The notes under the pieces are model-generated. The model saw only the letters and a program-made list of their open reading frames with translations, had not been told where the DNA came from and did not search any database. From an uncultured Chloroflexia bacterium (lineage in GTDB: Bacteria > Chloroflexota > Limnocylindria > Limnocylindrales > CSP1-4), in NCBI GenBank assembly GCA_963707215.1, contig CAVPPB010000003.1:96001-160000 (forward strand): DNA of 64,000 bases. Reading direction: 5' to 3'. The translations under genes and the position numbers were made by a program. Shown here piece after piece: positions 18,187 to 32,175 of the stretch. The stretch's first letter is position 1; each line of letters opens with the position of its first letter.

Positions 18187-19576
18187 GTGCGCCCGGCGAT
18201 CCGGCGGCTCACGACGTACGACCAGCACTGTCTCCGCGTCGAGACCCCCGCCCGGCCGCTCCAGCTCGGGGTGCTGGCCGTCCTCGAGGGCGGTGGGCTG
18301 CTCGACCGGACCGGTCGGCTGCGCGTCGATGCCGCCCGCTCGTCCATCGAGCGCCGCCTGGCCGAGGTGCCCCAGCTCCGCCAGGTCGTCCACGACCCCG
18401 GACCCCTGGCCGGCGGACCCATCTGGGTCGACGACCCCGCGTTCCGGATCGAGGAGCAGGTGGTCGCCGTCGACCTGCCGCCTCCCGGTGACGAGGCGAC
18501 CCTGCTGGCGCTCGTGGAGCGCCTGGTCGCCCCGCCGCTCGACCGGAGCCGCCCACTGTGGCGGATGTGGCTCATCGGTGGCCTGGAGGGGGGTCGCGTC
18601 GGGGCACTCGTCGTGCTCCATCACGCGCTCGCCGATGGGCGGACCGCGATGCGGATGGTCCGCTCGCTGCTGGAGGGTGACGACGCATCGTCCGAGCCCG
18701 CGGCGCCGACGCCGACGAAGGTCGCTCCCCCACCGCCATGGCGAGTCCTCGTCGGGGATCGCGTCAGAGCGACGGGAGCCTCGGTCCGGCAGCTCGCCCG
18801 CCCGGCCACCTGGCGGCAGTTCGCCGAGGTCGTCCGCTACGGTCGCCGAGTCATCGCCCTCGGGCGTCGCTCTCGAGCCGTCCTCGCTCAACGCCCCGGT
18901 CGGCCCCAGACGGCGCCTCACCGTGCTGCGGCTGGAAGGAACGGCCGCCAGGCGGATCGCTCGGTCCGAGGGTGCCTCGGTCAACGACCTCATCCTCTGC
19001 CTGGTCGCGGGAGGGCTGCGGTCGCTGCTCCAGGGCCGTGGCGAGCGCGTGGAACGGCTGAAGCCACGCGTCGGCATCGCGGTGGCCCTGTTCAGCGCTG
19101 GCCGCGGCGACCGACCCGGCAACGACATCGGCACGATGCTGCTCCCGTTGCCGGTGGCCGAGGCCGACCCGCGGGCCCGGCTGGCCCGCATCGCGGTGGC
19201 GACCGACCGAGCCGGTCGAGACCCGATGATCGCGATCGAACCGACCTTCCGCGCCTGGATCCGCCGGCTCGGCGGCGGGCGCTCGATGGAGCACCAGCGC
19301 CTGGTCAACCTCCACGAGACCTTCCTGCCCGGCCCGCCGAGGCCCATCCGGGCGCTCGGCACCGAGGTCCTCGAGCTGGTCCCGGTCGCGCCGTTGGCCG
19401 GGAACCTGGGGCTCTCGGTCGTCGGCCTGTCCTACGCCGGGCGACTCGTGATCGCCGTCCGCGCCGACGCGGACACGTTCCCGGACCTCGATGTCATGAC
19501 CGAGGCCATGCAGGGGGATCTGCGGGCCCTCGACGCGGGGATCGGAGCGGTCAGACCGGGGGCCTCGATCCCGTAG
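18187..19576 (+). pseudogene. Wax ester synthase/DGAT-family acyltransferase split by a single frameshift near 18860-18880
   Basis: The N-half (PLDRSRPLW, HHALADG) is in the frame of ORF 17674..19629; the C-half (SSLNAPVGPRRR, SVNDLIL, LSYAGRL..AVRAD) is in the frame of ORF 17786..19576. Confidence 0.8.
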
Positions 19577-19603
19577 CCGGGACCGCTGGCCGGCGCTGGT
19601 CGC

Positions 19604-21280
<1,677 letters not shown>

Positions 21281-21328
21281 GGCCCAAGGGTACCGAGGCG
21301 ACCCGCACCGTGCCGCCCGCCGGTCGCG

Positions 21329-21874
21329 TCAGGCCGGCTCTGACGGGCCGTCCGCGGCGCCGGGTGCGATCCGCGGCCGGAAGGCCCGGGTGACCACCAG
21401 GAGGAGCAGCCAGGCGTCCATGAAGAGCACGAGCACGATCGAGCCGAGGTAGAGCGCAGCCTCGTGCTCCGGGAGCAGGCCGAGGACGACCACGACCAGG
21501 GCGATGGTCATGGGCACCCAGAAGACCGCTCCGGTCACCTCCATCCTCCAACGGGCCCCGAGCGGCTGGGCGGCCATGTACGCCCGGCGCTCCGGGAAGA
21601 TGCGGATGAAGACCTCGTCGCCGGCCCAGAAGAGGACGAGCGCGCAGAGACTGCACGTCAGCCAGAGCTCGTGGCCGCCGACGCCGAAGCGGCCCATGAC
21701 GACCGGGACGAGCGCAAGGACGACCACCACGATCGCCAGCCAGACGATCATGCCGACGCCGGTCAAGTCGTACACGTCGCCCCTGTCGCCGCCTCGGATG
21801 GCGATGAGCGCCCCGAAGCCGACGAAGATGCCGGCGATCTCGGCCAGCGAGAGGAACAGCTCGACGTCCTGCAT
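21329..21874 (-). CDS. Hypothetical multi-pass membrane protein (paralog of 57675..58211)
   Basis: About 5 hydrophobic helices; LAEIAGIFVGFGALIA motif; GGAGGAGG RBS. Confidence 0.75.
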   Translation of the reverse strand: MQDVELFLSLAEIAGIFVGFGALIAIRGGDRGDVYDLTGVGMIVWLAIVVVVLALVPVVMGRFGVGGHELWLTCSLCALVLFWAGDEVFIRIFPERRAYMAAQPLGARWRMEVTGAVFWVPMTIALVVVVLGLLPEHEAALYLGSIVLVLFMDAWLLLLVVTRAFRPRIAPGAADGPSEPA

Positions 21875-22146
21875 GGCCCGCCTCCTCCACGGCGACGGCC
21901 GGCCCGCGATCTGGGGTCCGATGCCTCGTGCACGTGCTCACCGGCCGTCTGCCGAGGTCAGCGTGCTCGTCCAGAGAGGCCGGCACCAGAGGCGGATGGC
22001 CTCGCGGCGCCGCACGTGCGCCAGGCAGCGGACACGAGGTTCGCCGCCGATGAAGCGGCCCGACCGAACCCATCGGTGCCGTCTGCGGGTCGCACACCAG
22101 CTCGAGACTCTCGACGAACACCTCCGACAGCAAGAACAACCAGCAC

Positions 22147-22704
22147 GCACGACGGGGGCTCGTGCTCCAGGAGGCGAACTCCATCGGCACGACGTACCTC
22201 CGGGCCGGCTACCTGCCCGAACCGGCAGCCAGCGACAGCCGGGACCTGCTCCGCGAGTACGTGCCCCTGCGCATCGTCGGCAACGACCTGGCTGACATCC
22301 AGGAGCGCATCGCCCGTTCGGTCGAGATCCAGGACGAGCTTTGGACGATCGCCGAGGACCTGGCCCGGGACCGGTCGTCCGACGTGCTGGCCCTCTACAT
22401 CGATTCCCTGAACGAGACCATCGACCTGAACGAGTCGCGCGTCACTGCCGGCCTGTACGCTCGCGTGCCGGAGACGGTCCTGGTGCTCCTCATCGTCGGC
22501 TCGGCCCTGACGCTGGGGATGCTGGGCTACAGCGCCGGCCTGACACGGCGGCGCAGTCCGCTGACCGCGGTCGTGATGATCGCCGTCCTCGGGGCGGTGA
22601 TCACGCTCGTGGTGGACCTGGACCGACCTCGCGACGGCTTCCTGGAGGTCAACCAGCAGCCGCTCATCGACCTGCAGCAGCAGATCGGACCACCCGGCGC
22701 CTGA
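22147..22704 (+). pseudogene. 5'-truncated DUF4239/bestrophin-like membrane protein
   Basis: RRGLVLQEANSIGTTYLRA...SLNETIDL...VDLDRPRDGF..V.QQPL. The N-terminal TM helices expected for the family are missing, and there is an in-frame TGA at 22051. Confidence 0.6.
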
Positions 22705-22786
22705 CGCCCGAGGAACGCATCGACGTCGTGCCGAGAGGCTCTGGCGGGCTGCCTCCGGTTCCCGATACTGGGGGCGGAGGGTCGCC

Positions 22787-22981
22787 ATGCAACCTTGGTC
22801 TCGCTCGGCCGGGTCCGCGCTCCTCGTCCTGGTGGTGGCCGTCGTCTTCGTCGTCGTCGTGATCTGGGCGGTCTCCCCGGAGGACGTGCGCGGCGTGCTG
22901 ATGCTCGCCGGTGGCGTGCTGACCGTGGCCGTCTACGTGGTCCTGTACGTCCTCCAGCGCCGCCGGCACTGGGGCTCCTGA
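22787..22981 (+). CDS. Small two-TM membrane protein (64 aa)
   Basis: Two hydrophobic helices, GGAGG RBS, host-like codon usage. Confidence 0.6.
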   Translation: MQPWSRSAGSALLVLVVAVVFVVVVIWAVSPEDVRGVLMLAGGVLTVAVYVVLYVLQRRRHWGS

Positions 22982-23080
22982 CCCGGCCGCCCCGCGGCCC
23001 TTCAGGCGCTGCCGCCGCCTGCCGTGGGCGAGGCCGCCGGGCGCCTGCGGCGATCTCCGGGCGGCTGCTACCGTGGCGCG

Positions 23081-25426
<2,346 letters not shown>

Positions 25427-25439
25427 TCGCCGCGTCCTC

Positions 25440-25979
25440 CTAGCGGGAGCGATCCGACGCGTCGTAGGCGACCATGCCGCCGAAGGTGAACGTCATGTAT
25501 CCGTCCGGCAGGCCGAACAGCGCGTCGCCACCGGGAACGTCGCCGACGGTCTCCCACGAGCCGGAGCCCGTGGCGCTCGCGAAGCGGCCCGTCCCGCCGA
25601 CCGCCGTCCAGGTGCCCTCCCCGGTGAAGCCCTCCATGGCCCCGATCACCGCGTACGTGCCGACATGGGCGATCACCAGCTCGTCGCCGTTGTCGGCCAC
25701 GAAGGTGAAGGTTCCCGGGGTGATGCTGAAGTCCGGGTACGTGCAGTGCGTGAATGTGTAGTCGACCGGGCCCAGATGCGACATCTGGCCAGTGCCCCAC
25801 CCATGGAAGCGCCAGATCGCGCCCTCCCCGCAGCCGGGGGCGGTCACGTCGGGCGCACCTTCGCCCAGCAAGGTTCCCCGGATCGGGACAGCCTTGCCGG
25901 GTCCGCCGGCCAGCACCGAGCTCGTGCTCAACGCCAGGAGGGCCGCGACGACGAACAGGACGCGAAGGAACCGCAACAT
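25440..25979 (-). CDS. Secreted hypothetical beta-barrel-like protein
   Basis: Signal peptide ending VLA; GGTGRFASATGSG motif resembling dirigent/allene-oxide-cyclase-like barrels; GAGGAG RBS. Confidence 0.7.
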   Translation of the reverse strand: MLRFLRVLFVVAALLALSTSSVLAGGPGKAVPIRGTLLGEGAPDVTAPGCGEGAIWRFHGWGTGQMSHLGPVDYTFTHCTYPDFSITPGTFTFVADNGDELVIAHVGTYAVIGAMEGFTGEGTWTAVGGTGRFASATGSGSWETVGDVPGGDALFGLPDGYMTFTFGGMVAYDASDRSR

Positions 25980-26077
25980 CACGAGCTCCTCTCGCTTCCT
26001 GTGTGGCCCGACTCCCCCATGGCCCTCCGATCTCCCGCTCAGTCGATCCCAGCTGACGGTCCGGCGTTGATCCCGCC

Positions 26078-26965
26078 TCAGCGAGGCGGCTCGCTCGCCT
26101 CGAACCCAGCCGCCGCGAGCGCCTCGACGAGGACGTCGACACCCGGACCAGTGAGGTGCATCGCGTCGTCGAGGATCCAGCCCTGCTCGGCCGGGTCCTG
26201 GTCGTGCCCTGGGCCGGTGAAGACGTCGAGCATCGACACGTAGACCGCCCCGGCCGCCTCGGCCGCCTCGCGCATCACCTGGTCGATGGCCTCCTCGCCA
26301 GCCGTGCACTCGGTCTCGATCCCCAGCCGGCGCCAGACGGGGATCCACGGGTTCCAGCCGCCATAGCCCCGGATGACCGTCGGCCGGCCCTCCCGCAGCG
26401 TCCAGATCGCCTCGTACTCCCGGTCGAGCGCGTCCCGCCATGCCTGCCAGTCCTCGACGGTGGTCGCCTTGGGCGGTGGATCCCACGTCTGCCCAGGGGC
26501 GAACGTCCCACCCGGGTAGTCCGGATCGAAGACTTCGAGCGCCTCGAGGCAGGGCAGGAACTCCGGTGGCTCGTAGTCGGCGGGTGGGAAGTAGAAGAGG
26601 ATCACTTCGGCCCCGGCCACGATGTCGGCATAGAAGCCCTCTGTCCCGCTCAGGAGCTCGGAAGGCAGCGCGCCGATCTTGCTGTGGGTCCGCACCTCGC
26701 GGCCGAGCGCGGCCGCAAGGAGGGGCGCGTACCGCTCGGAGACGCCCGCGCCACCCGAGGCAGCCACGACCACCAGGTCGACCGGCTCAGCCGAGGGGGA
26801 CGCCTCGCCACCTGAGCTCGAGAGCGCCGCCGTAGCCGATGGCGCGGCAGTGGGTGTCGGCGTTGCTGTCACGGACGGTGTGAGCGTCGCCCCGCTGGCG
26901 CCGCAGGATGCGAGCGAACCTGCCAGCACCACCACGACAGCGAGGACGACGACTGAGCGGGTCAT
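26078..26965 (-). CDS. Lipoprotein with SGNH/GDSL-hydrolase-like domain
   Basis: Lipobox LASC, PT-rich linker, C-terminal DDAMHLTGPG (DxxH) motif. Confidence 0.65.
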   Translation of the reverse strand: MTRSVVVLAVVVVLAGSLASCGASGATLTPSVTATPTPTAAPSATAALSSSGGEASPSAEPVDLVVVAASGGAGVSERYAPLLAAALGREVRTHSKIGALPSELLSGTEGFYADIVAGAEVILFYFPPADYEPPEFLPCLEALEVFDPDYPGGTFAPGQTWDPPPKATTVEDWQAWRDALDREYEAIWTLREGRPTVIRGYGGWNPWIPVWRRLGIETECTAGEEAIDQVMREAAEAAGAVYVSMLDVFTGPGHDQDPAEQGWILDDAMHLTGPGVDVLVEALAAAGFEASEPPR

Positions 26966-26993
26966 CCCCTGTCCCCCTTCCAGGACGCCTGCG

Positions 26994-29384
26994 CTATGGC
27001 CACGGCTCCACCAGCCAGCGCCACTGGCCGGTGGCCGTCGAGAAGGCCGCGACGCCACCCAGCGACCCGGCCCGGCAGACGATGCGGCCGTTGATGGGGT
27101 CGTACACCGGATCGAGGCTGTCGCACCAGCTGCGGTTGCCGGCTGACGGGTGGGCGCGCCACCCGCGTTGTCCGTCGTAGACCTCGGTCCATCCATCCGA
27201 GGACATGAACAGCGTCACCCCGCTCGCCTCGTCGAACGACACCCGATTGGCTGGCCCAACGAAGTACCCGCTGTCCTGCCACAAGACGCCGGCCGGGACC
27301 TGCGAGGGCATCAGGCGCCAGCGGCTCGTCCCCGGATCGAAGGCCCAGATCTCGAGGGCGGCGGTCTCCACCCACGCCCAGTAGGGGCGAGAATCGCTCC
27401 GGAGGAAGCTGGCGTCGCGGCTACGGAGCTCGTCCGGCGTGGCCGCGGCGGCGATGAGAAGGTCGCGGTCGCGGTCGTAGACGACGGCCGTGACACCCTC
27501 CGGCACGCCAGAGCCGGTCGGCGGCGAGACGTCCGGCAGCTGGCGGACCGTCGTCATGCTGTTCGTGTCGACGTCGTAGGCCCACATGGACTCGCCGTCG
27601 TAGACGATGACCAGCCCCGACGGCTCGTGGTACACGGCTGCGGTCCTGTCGCCGGATCCCCACCCCGCGATGCCGCGGATCGGACTCGCGAACCGACCTT
27701 CCATCGTCCAGCGGTCGGCTGCGAGGTCGTAGCTCCAGACGCGGTCGGCCTCGAACGCCAGGGTCCGGTCGGAGTCGGCATCGTAGACGAGCCTGACCGG
27801 GTCATCCCAGAGCGGCTGCTCGGCCCCCCACGGTTCCATCCACTGCCAGGTGTTCGTGCAGACGTCGAAGGTGTAGGTGCGTCGCCCCGGCTGGTCATCA
27901 TTGGCCAGGGCGACGATCCGCCCGGCGTGGCGGTCGAACGCCATCGCTCCGTCCCCGCGGATGGGACCCTCCTGGCCGGACGGACCGAGCGCATCCGGGT
28001 CGCTTCCCGGTGGGCAGGTCGCCTGGACCGGGAGCGGCCTGGCCTTCGTCGTGGCCAGGATGTCGGTACCCTCGACGATCCGCACGGTGGCGGGCGTCGG
28101 CGTCGGCGAGGGCGACGGCGAGGGCGAGGCGCTCGGTGTCGGAGTGACACTCGGAGTCGGCGCAACGGCGAGCGTGACCGCCCAGACCCTGACGGTCCCG
28201 TCGGAGCCAGCGGTGGCGATCCGGGCGCCGTCCGGGCTCCAGGCGACGTCGTTCAGCGGGCCAGTATGGCCGGCCAGGGTCACGAGCTCGCCGCCGGTCG
28301 CCGCGTCAAGGATCCTGGCCATTCCGTCATGACCCGCGGTGGCGATGCGGGTTCCGTCCGGATTCCACGCGACATCCGTCGCCCTGAGGGGCACCCGGCC
28401 GATCGCAACCACTTCGCCGCCGGGGGTGGCGTCCCAGACCCCGGTGTCCTGCCCCCCGGTGGCGGCGATCCGGGCGCCATCCGGGCTCCACCCAACGTCG
28501 GTCACGACGAACCAGCTGCTGATCTCGTACTGCTTGCTCTCGGACGTCGTGGCGTCCCAGACCTCGATGTCCATCCCGCAGGCGACCGCGAGGCGGGTGC
28601 CGTCCGGGCTCCACGCCATCGACCACCAAACGCAAGCCGATGGACCCCAGATCCTTCCTACCCATAGGAGCTCGTCCCCGGTGACCGCGTCGTGGATCTG
28701 GACGTGCACCCCCCATGCGAGATCGACCAAGACGCCGATGCGAGTGCCATCGGGGCTGTAGGCCATGACGCCACCCGGGTCGGCATCGCGGAATGCGTCC
28801 CTTAGGTCGACAAGCACCTCGCCGGTAGCTGCGTCGTACACCGTCGACCCTACTGCCAGGCCGGTTCCGTCGGGGCTGTACTCAACGGACAACGGCGCCG
28901 CATTCGGGGGATCCGGCGACAGGTCGTGCTGCAGGATGAGCGTCTCCTCCCCGGTCGTTGTGTCAAGGACCTTCACGGTCCCGTCGCTGGCTGCGGCCGC
29001 CAGGTGGGCGCCGTCGGGACTCCATGCGATCGACGACAGCTCACCGGTCGTGACGGTGATCGTCAGGTCGACCGCCGGTGGCGGCACGACCGTCAGCTCA
29101 CTGCTGCGGCGCAGGAGCTCGCTGCCCACGAACACCGCCGTGACCGTCGCCACGATCAGCAGCGCCGCTGCGGCGAGCGCCCAGGCCATCCGGGCCGCCG
29201 GGCTCCGGCCGGTCGGGAAGCCGACCAGCGAACCCGCCCTGGGCGTCGGGCGGCCATGGCGACGGGGCTCGGCAGCCGCAACGGATCGGGCGAACTCGAG
29301 CGCGTCGAAGTCGGTCGGGCCGTCGGCCACCCGCCGGGCGAGGGCGGTCCGCAGGCGGGCCTCGAAGATCTCCTGCTCAGCCAT
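26994..29384 (-). CDS. Single-pass membrane protein with WD40 propeller and a second propeller-like domain; probable anti-sigma factor
   Basis: Short N-terminal domain, TM helix, repeated WSPDG.RIAT...D..V..WD, PS/PT linker, second repeat domain; overlaps the ECF sigma gene. Confidence 0.8.
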   Translation of the reverse strand: MAEQEIFEARLRTALARRVADGPTDFDALEFARSVAAAEPRRHGRPTPRAGSLVGFPTGRSPAARMAWALAAAALLIVATVTAVFVGSELLRRSSELTVVPPPAVDLTITVTTGELSSIAWSPDGAHLAAAASDGTVKVLDTTTGEETLILQHDLSPDPPNAAPLSVEYSPDGTGLAVGSTVYDAATGEVLVDLRDAFRDADPGGVMAYSPDGTRIGVLVDLAWGVHVQIHDAVTGDELLWVGRIWGPSACVWWSMAWSPDGTRLAVACGMDIEVWDATTSESKQYEISSWFVVTDVGWSPDGARIAATGGQDTGVWDATPGGEVVAIGRVPLRATDVAWNPDGTRIATAGHDGMARILDAATGGELVTLAGHTGPLNDVAWSPDGARIATAGSDGTVRVWAVTLAVAPTPSVTPTPSASPSPSPSPTPTPATVRIVEGTDILATTKARPLPVQATCPPGSDPDALGPSGQEGPIRGDGAMAFDRHAGRIVALANDDQPGRRTYTFDVCTNTWQWMEPWGAEQPLWDDPVRLVYDADSDRTLAFEADRVWSYDLAADRWTMEGRFASPIRGIAGWGSGDRTAAVYHEPSGLVIVYDGESMWAYDVDTNSMTTVRQLPDVSPPTGSGVPEGVTAVVYDRDRDLLIAAAATPDELRSRDASFLRSDSRPYWAWVETAALEIWAFDPGTSRWRLMPSQVPAGVLWQDSGYFVGPANRVSFDEASGVTLFMSSDGWTEVYDGQRGWRAHPSAGNRSWCDSLDPVYDPINGRIVCRAGSLGGVAAFSTATGQWRWLVEPWP
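28180..29050 (-). repeat. Intragenic WD40 repeats (about 7 units)
   Basis: Recurring (W/Y)(S/N)PDG motif, visible in DNA as variants of GCCGTCCGGGCTCCA. Confidence 0.75.
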
Positions 29385-29916
29385 GGTCGAGGTCCTTCCG
29401 GAGGCGATCCAGGACGCGAGCCAGCCGCGTGCGGACGCCGGACGCGGAGCGCCCGGTCACGAGCCCGATCTCGCAGGAGTCCAGATCGGCGACGTACCGC
29501 AGGGCGACCAGCGCTCGGTCGTCGGTGCTCAGTCGCCGCAGGGCGTTGCCCAGATCGATCTGGTCGATCCCGTCGGTCAGTCCGTCGCTTCCTGCCGGAT
29601 CGCCGGCGAGCGACAGCTCGACGACCGGGCGCCGACGTTCGCGCCGCACGATCGCCCGTGCCTCGTTGGCCGCGACGGCCATGAGCCACGGTCGGAGCGA
29701 GGTCGGGTCGCGCAGCGACGGGAGCTTGCGCCAGGCGTTGACGAGGGCCGCCTGCGCGGCGTCCTGGGCAAGGTCCCAGTCCCCGGACACGACGTACGCG
29801 ACCCGGACCATCTCGGCTCGGTGCGTCGCGACGATCCGGGCGAACGCGACCTCGTCACCGGCAGCAGCGCGCTCCACGGTGGTTGCGGTCGCGAGGTCCG
29901 TCGCGAGGCTGCTCAT
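29377..29916 (-). CDS. ECF RNA polymerase sigma factor
   Basis: AAAGDEVAFARIV, AQDAAQAALVNAWRKL, LRPWL, and region 4 LRY..DL...EIG...G...SGVRTRLAR. Confidence 0.92.
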   Translation of the reverse strand: MSSLATDLATATTVERAAAGDEVAFARIVATHRAEMVRVAYVVSGDWDLAQDAAQAALVNAWRKLPSLRDPTSLRPWLMAVAANEARAIVRRERRRPVVELSLAGDPAGSDGLTDGIDQIDLGNALRRLSTDDRALVALRYVADLDSCEIGLVTGRSASGVRTRLARVLDRLRKDLDHG

Positions 29917-30150
29917 GCCCTTGAGATGTCGCGTCGCCCCCGTCCTGTCCCACGAATTGTCGAAGTGCTCGGGCGGCGCCTGTCGACTGTGCCCTCATCC
30001 GAGGGCCGGGTCGAGGGCCGTGGAGCCCGACCGCACACGCCCCGCCGGTCGAGATGATCACGCGGCGCGCGCGGGAGGCACCTCGTGGTGCACCCTTGAC
30101 GCGGCGCGGCGCCGGCTCCCAGCGCTCCGCGTCCGAGGGAGGACCACCCG

Positions 30151-31302
30151 ATGGCCGACACGCCGTACCCCCCGCCGCTGACCATGGGCCCCGACTGGAA
30201 GGCCGACACGGTTGCCGTGCAGGCCGGCCGGCCCGCACGTACGCCTGGCGCGCCCATGAACCCGCCGATGATCCTGAGCTCCACCTACGTCCACGACGCG
30301 ACGATCGAGTACGCCCGCGACGGCAACGCCGGTTGGGGAGCGCTCGAGGCGGCGATCGGCACGCTCGAGGGTGGCCGGGCCGTCACCTTCGCGTCGGGCC
30401 TCGCCGCGACCACCGCGATCGCCGACCTCGTGCCGGCCGGCGGGAGCGTCGTGCTCTCCACGGTGACGTATCACGGCGTCAGGGACATCTTCGAGCGGAT
30501 GCAGGCGCGAGGACGCCTGCACGTCCGCATGGCCGCGGCCGACGACACGGCCACCGTCCTCGCGGCCGCCGACGGGGCGGACATGGTGTGGGTCGAGTCG
30601 ATCGCCAACCCGCTCCTGGTGGTCGCCGACGTTCCGGCGATCGCGGCGGGAGCCCGCGATCGCGGCGCGATCACCGTGGTCGACGCGACGTTCGCCACGC
30701 CGCTCCGCCAGCGCCCGCTCGCGCTCGGCGCGGACGTCGTCCTGCATTCCGCGACTAAGCTCATCGGCGGGCACTCGGACCTCCTGCTGGGCGCGGTTGT
30801 CTGTCGGGACGACGTGCACGCCGGCCAGGTGGCGCGGTATCGCCACGATCACGGCGCGATCCCCGGGGGCCTCGAGGCCTTCCTCGCCCTGCGCGGGCTG
30901 CGCACGCTCGCCGTCCGTCTCGACCGGGCCGAGTCGTCGGCTGCCGAGCTCGCCCGCCGGTTGCAGTCGCACGCCCACGTCGCGCGGGTCCACTACCCGG
31001 GCCTGCCCGGCGATCCGCAGCACGAGCGAGCCTCGCGCGTGCTGCCGAACGGGTCGGGGTCCATGCTCTCGTTCGAGGTGGCCGGGTCCGTCGAGCAGAC
31101 CGAGGCGTTCCTCGCGCGGCTGCGCCTCGTCACGCACGCCACCAGCCTCGGCGGCGTGGAGTCGCTGATCGAGCGACGGGCGCGGTACCCGGGCGACGCC
31201 GCGATCGTCGGCCCCACGCTCTGTCGCCTCTCGGTCGGCATCGAGAACGTCGAGGACCTCTGGGCCGACCTCGACGAGTCCCTCTGCGCCGTGCTCGGCT
31301 AG
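30151..31302 (+). CDS. PLP-dependent trans-sulfuration enzyme (cystathionine gamma-synthase/lyase family)
   Basis: YARDGN, FASGLAA, VDATFATP, LGADVVLHSATKLIGGHSD, ATSLGGVESL, RLSVGIE. Confidence 0.92.
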   Translation: MADTPYPPPLTMGPDWKADTVAVQAGRPARTPGAPMNPPMILSSTYVHDATIEYARDGNAGWGALEAAIGTLEGGRAVTFASGLAATTAIADLVPAGGSVVLSTVTYHGVRDIFERMQARGRLHVRMAAADDTATVLAAADGADMVWVESIANPLLVVADVPAIAAGARDRGAITVVDATFATPLRQRPLALGADVVLHSATKLIGGHSDLLLGAVVCRDDVHAGQVARYRHDHGAIPGGLEAFLALRGLRTLAVRLDRAESSAAELARRLQSHAHVARVHYPGLPGDPQHERASRVLPNGSGSMLSFEVAGSVEQTEAFLARLRLVTHATSLGGVESLIERRARYPGDAAIVGPTLCRLSVGIENVEDLWADLDESLCAVLG

Positions 31303-31393
31303 CATCCGGCGGATCCGATGGGCGGCCCTTGACGCTCGCTCTCGCAGGTCATCTCGACGATCCACGGCCGCGCACCGCCGTACCATGCCGCTC

Positions 31394-32050
31394 ATGGTCA
31401 GGTCGCTCCGTCGCCTTGTCGTGCTCGTGGTCGTCCTCGCAGCAGGCGCCGCGATGCTCCACCGAGCGCGGACCCAGGCCGTGCCTGCCGGCGGCGGCAT
31501 CCTCATCGCCGACGCACCTCTGTACGACCGGCTGACCGGCTGGCTCCTTGGGTCGTTCTACATGGGCATCGCCGACGACGTGGCGGCGACCGCCGGCCCG
31601 GGCGCCCGGGTCCTCGACGTCGGGTGTGGGCCTGGCCATCTCGTCGGGCGCCTCGTCGAACGCGGCATGACCGTGAGCGGGATCGACCTCGACCCGGCCA
31701 TGATCGAGCGGGCCGCGCGACGCCACGGCGGCCGGGCTGATCTCGTCGCGGCCGATGTAGCCTCGCTGCCCTTCCCCGATGGCTCGTTCGACCTCGTCGT
31801 CTCGACGCTCTCGATGCACCACTGGGCGGACCATCGAGGCGGACTCGACGAGATCGCACGCGTCCTGGCACGAGACGGGCGTGCGCTCATCTTCGACTTC
31901 GGCGGCGCCCACGTGCCGCTGCATGGGCTCGCCCAGGGGCCGGCGCACCACGTCGATGGCTCGGCGCTCAGACTGGTCGCCGACACGCGATGGCGCTGGC
32001 CGGGGCCGATCTCGCTCGTGCGCCGGGTGGAGGCACGGCCCGACGCCTGA
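31394..32050 (+). CDS. Class I SAM-dependent methyltransferase with N-terminal hydrophobic segment
   Basis: VLDVGCGPG, GIDLD, LPFPDGSFDLVVSTLSMHHW. Start chosen 7 nt after TACCAT; the ORF track starts at 31385. Confidence 0.88.
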   Translation: MVRSLRRLVVLVVVLAAGAAMLHRARTQAVPAGGGILIADAPLYDRLTGWLLGSFYMGIADDVAATAGPGARVLDVGCGPGHLVGRLVERGMTVSGIDLDPAMIERAARRHGGRADLVAADVASLPFPDGSFDLVVSTLSMHHWADHRGGLDEIARVLARDGRALIFDFGGAHVPLHGLAQGPAHHVDGSALRLVADTRWRWPGPISLVRRVEARPDA

Positions 32051-32175
32051 CGGTCAAAGCGCGGACACCGCCCGGGCGTGGTCGTCGCGGAGCTCCTCGT
32101 GCGAGTCGCGGCTCCCAGCGTCGACAGGGGCTCGGTGGCCAGCCGGGCCGCCGGCCCGACCGTCGCCGAGGTCGG

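Noticed and set aside
28180-29050. Regularly spaced DNA repeats as a CRISPR array
   Set aside because: They are degenerate, in-frame WD40 coding repeats about 120-140 bp apart; no cas genes are present.
29985-30110. Possible SAM riboswitch upstream of the trans-sulfuration gene (CTCATC...GATGA, GAGGG...GCCC, GGCACC...GGTGC)
   Set aside because: The elements are out of order or too close for SAM-I and the GCAAC core is missing; an Rfam/Infernal scan would be needed to rescue it.
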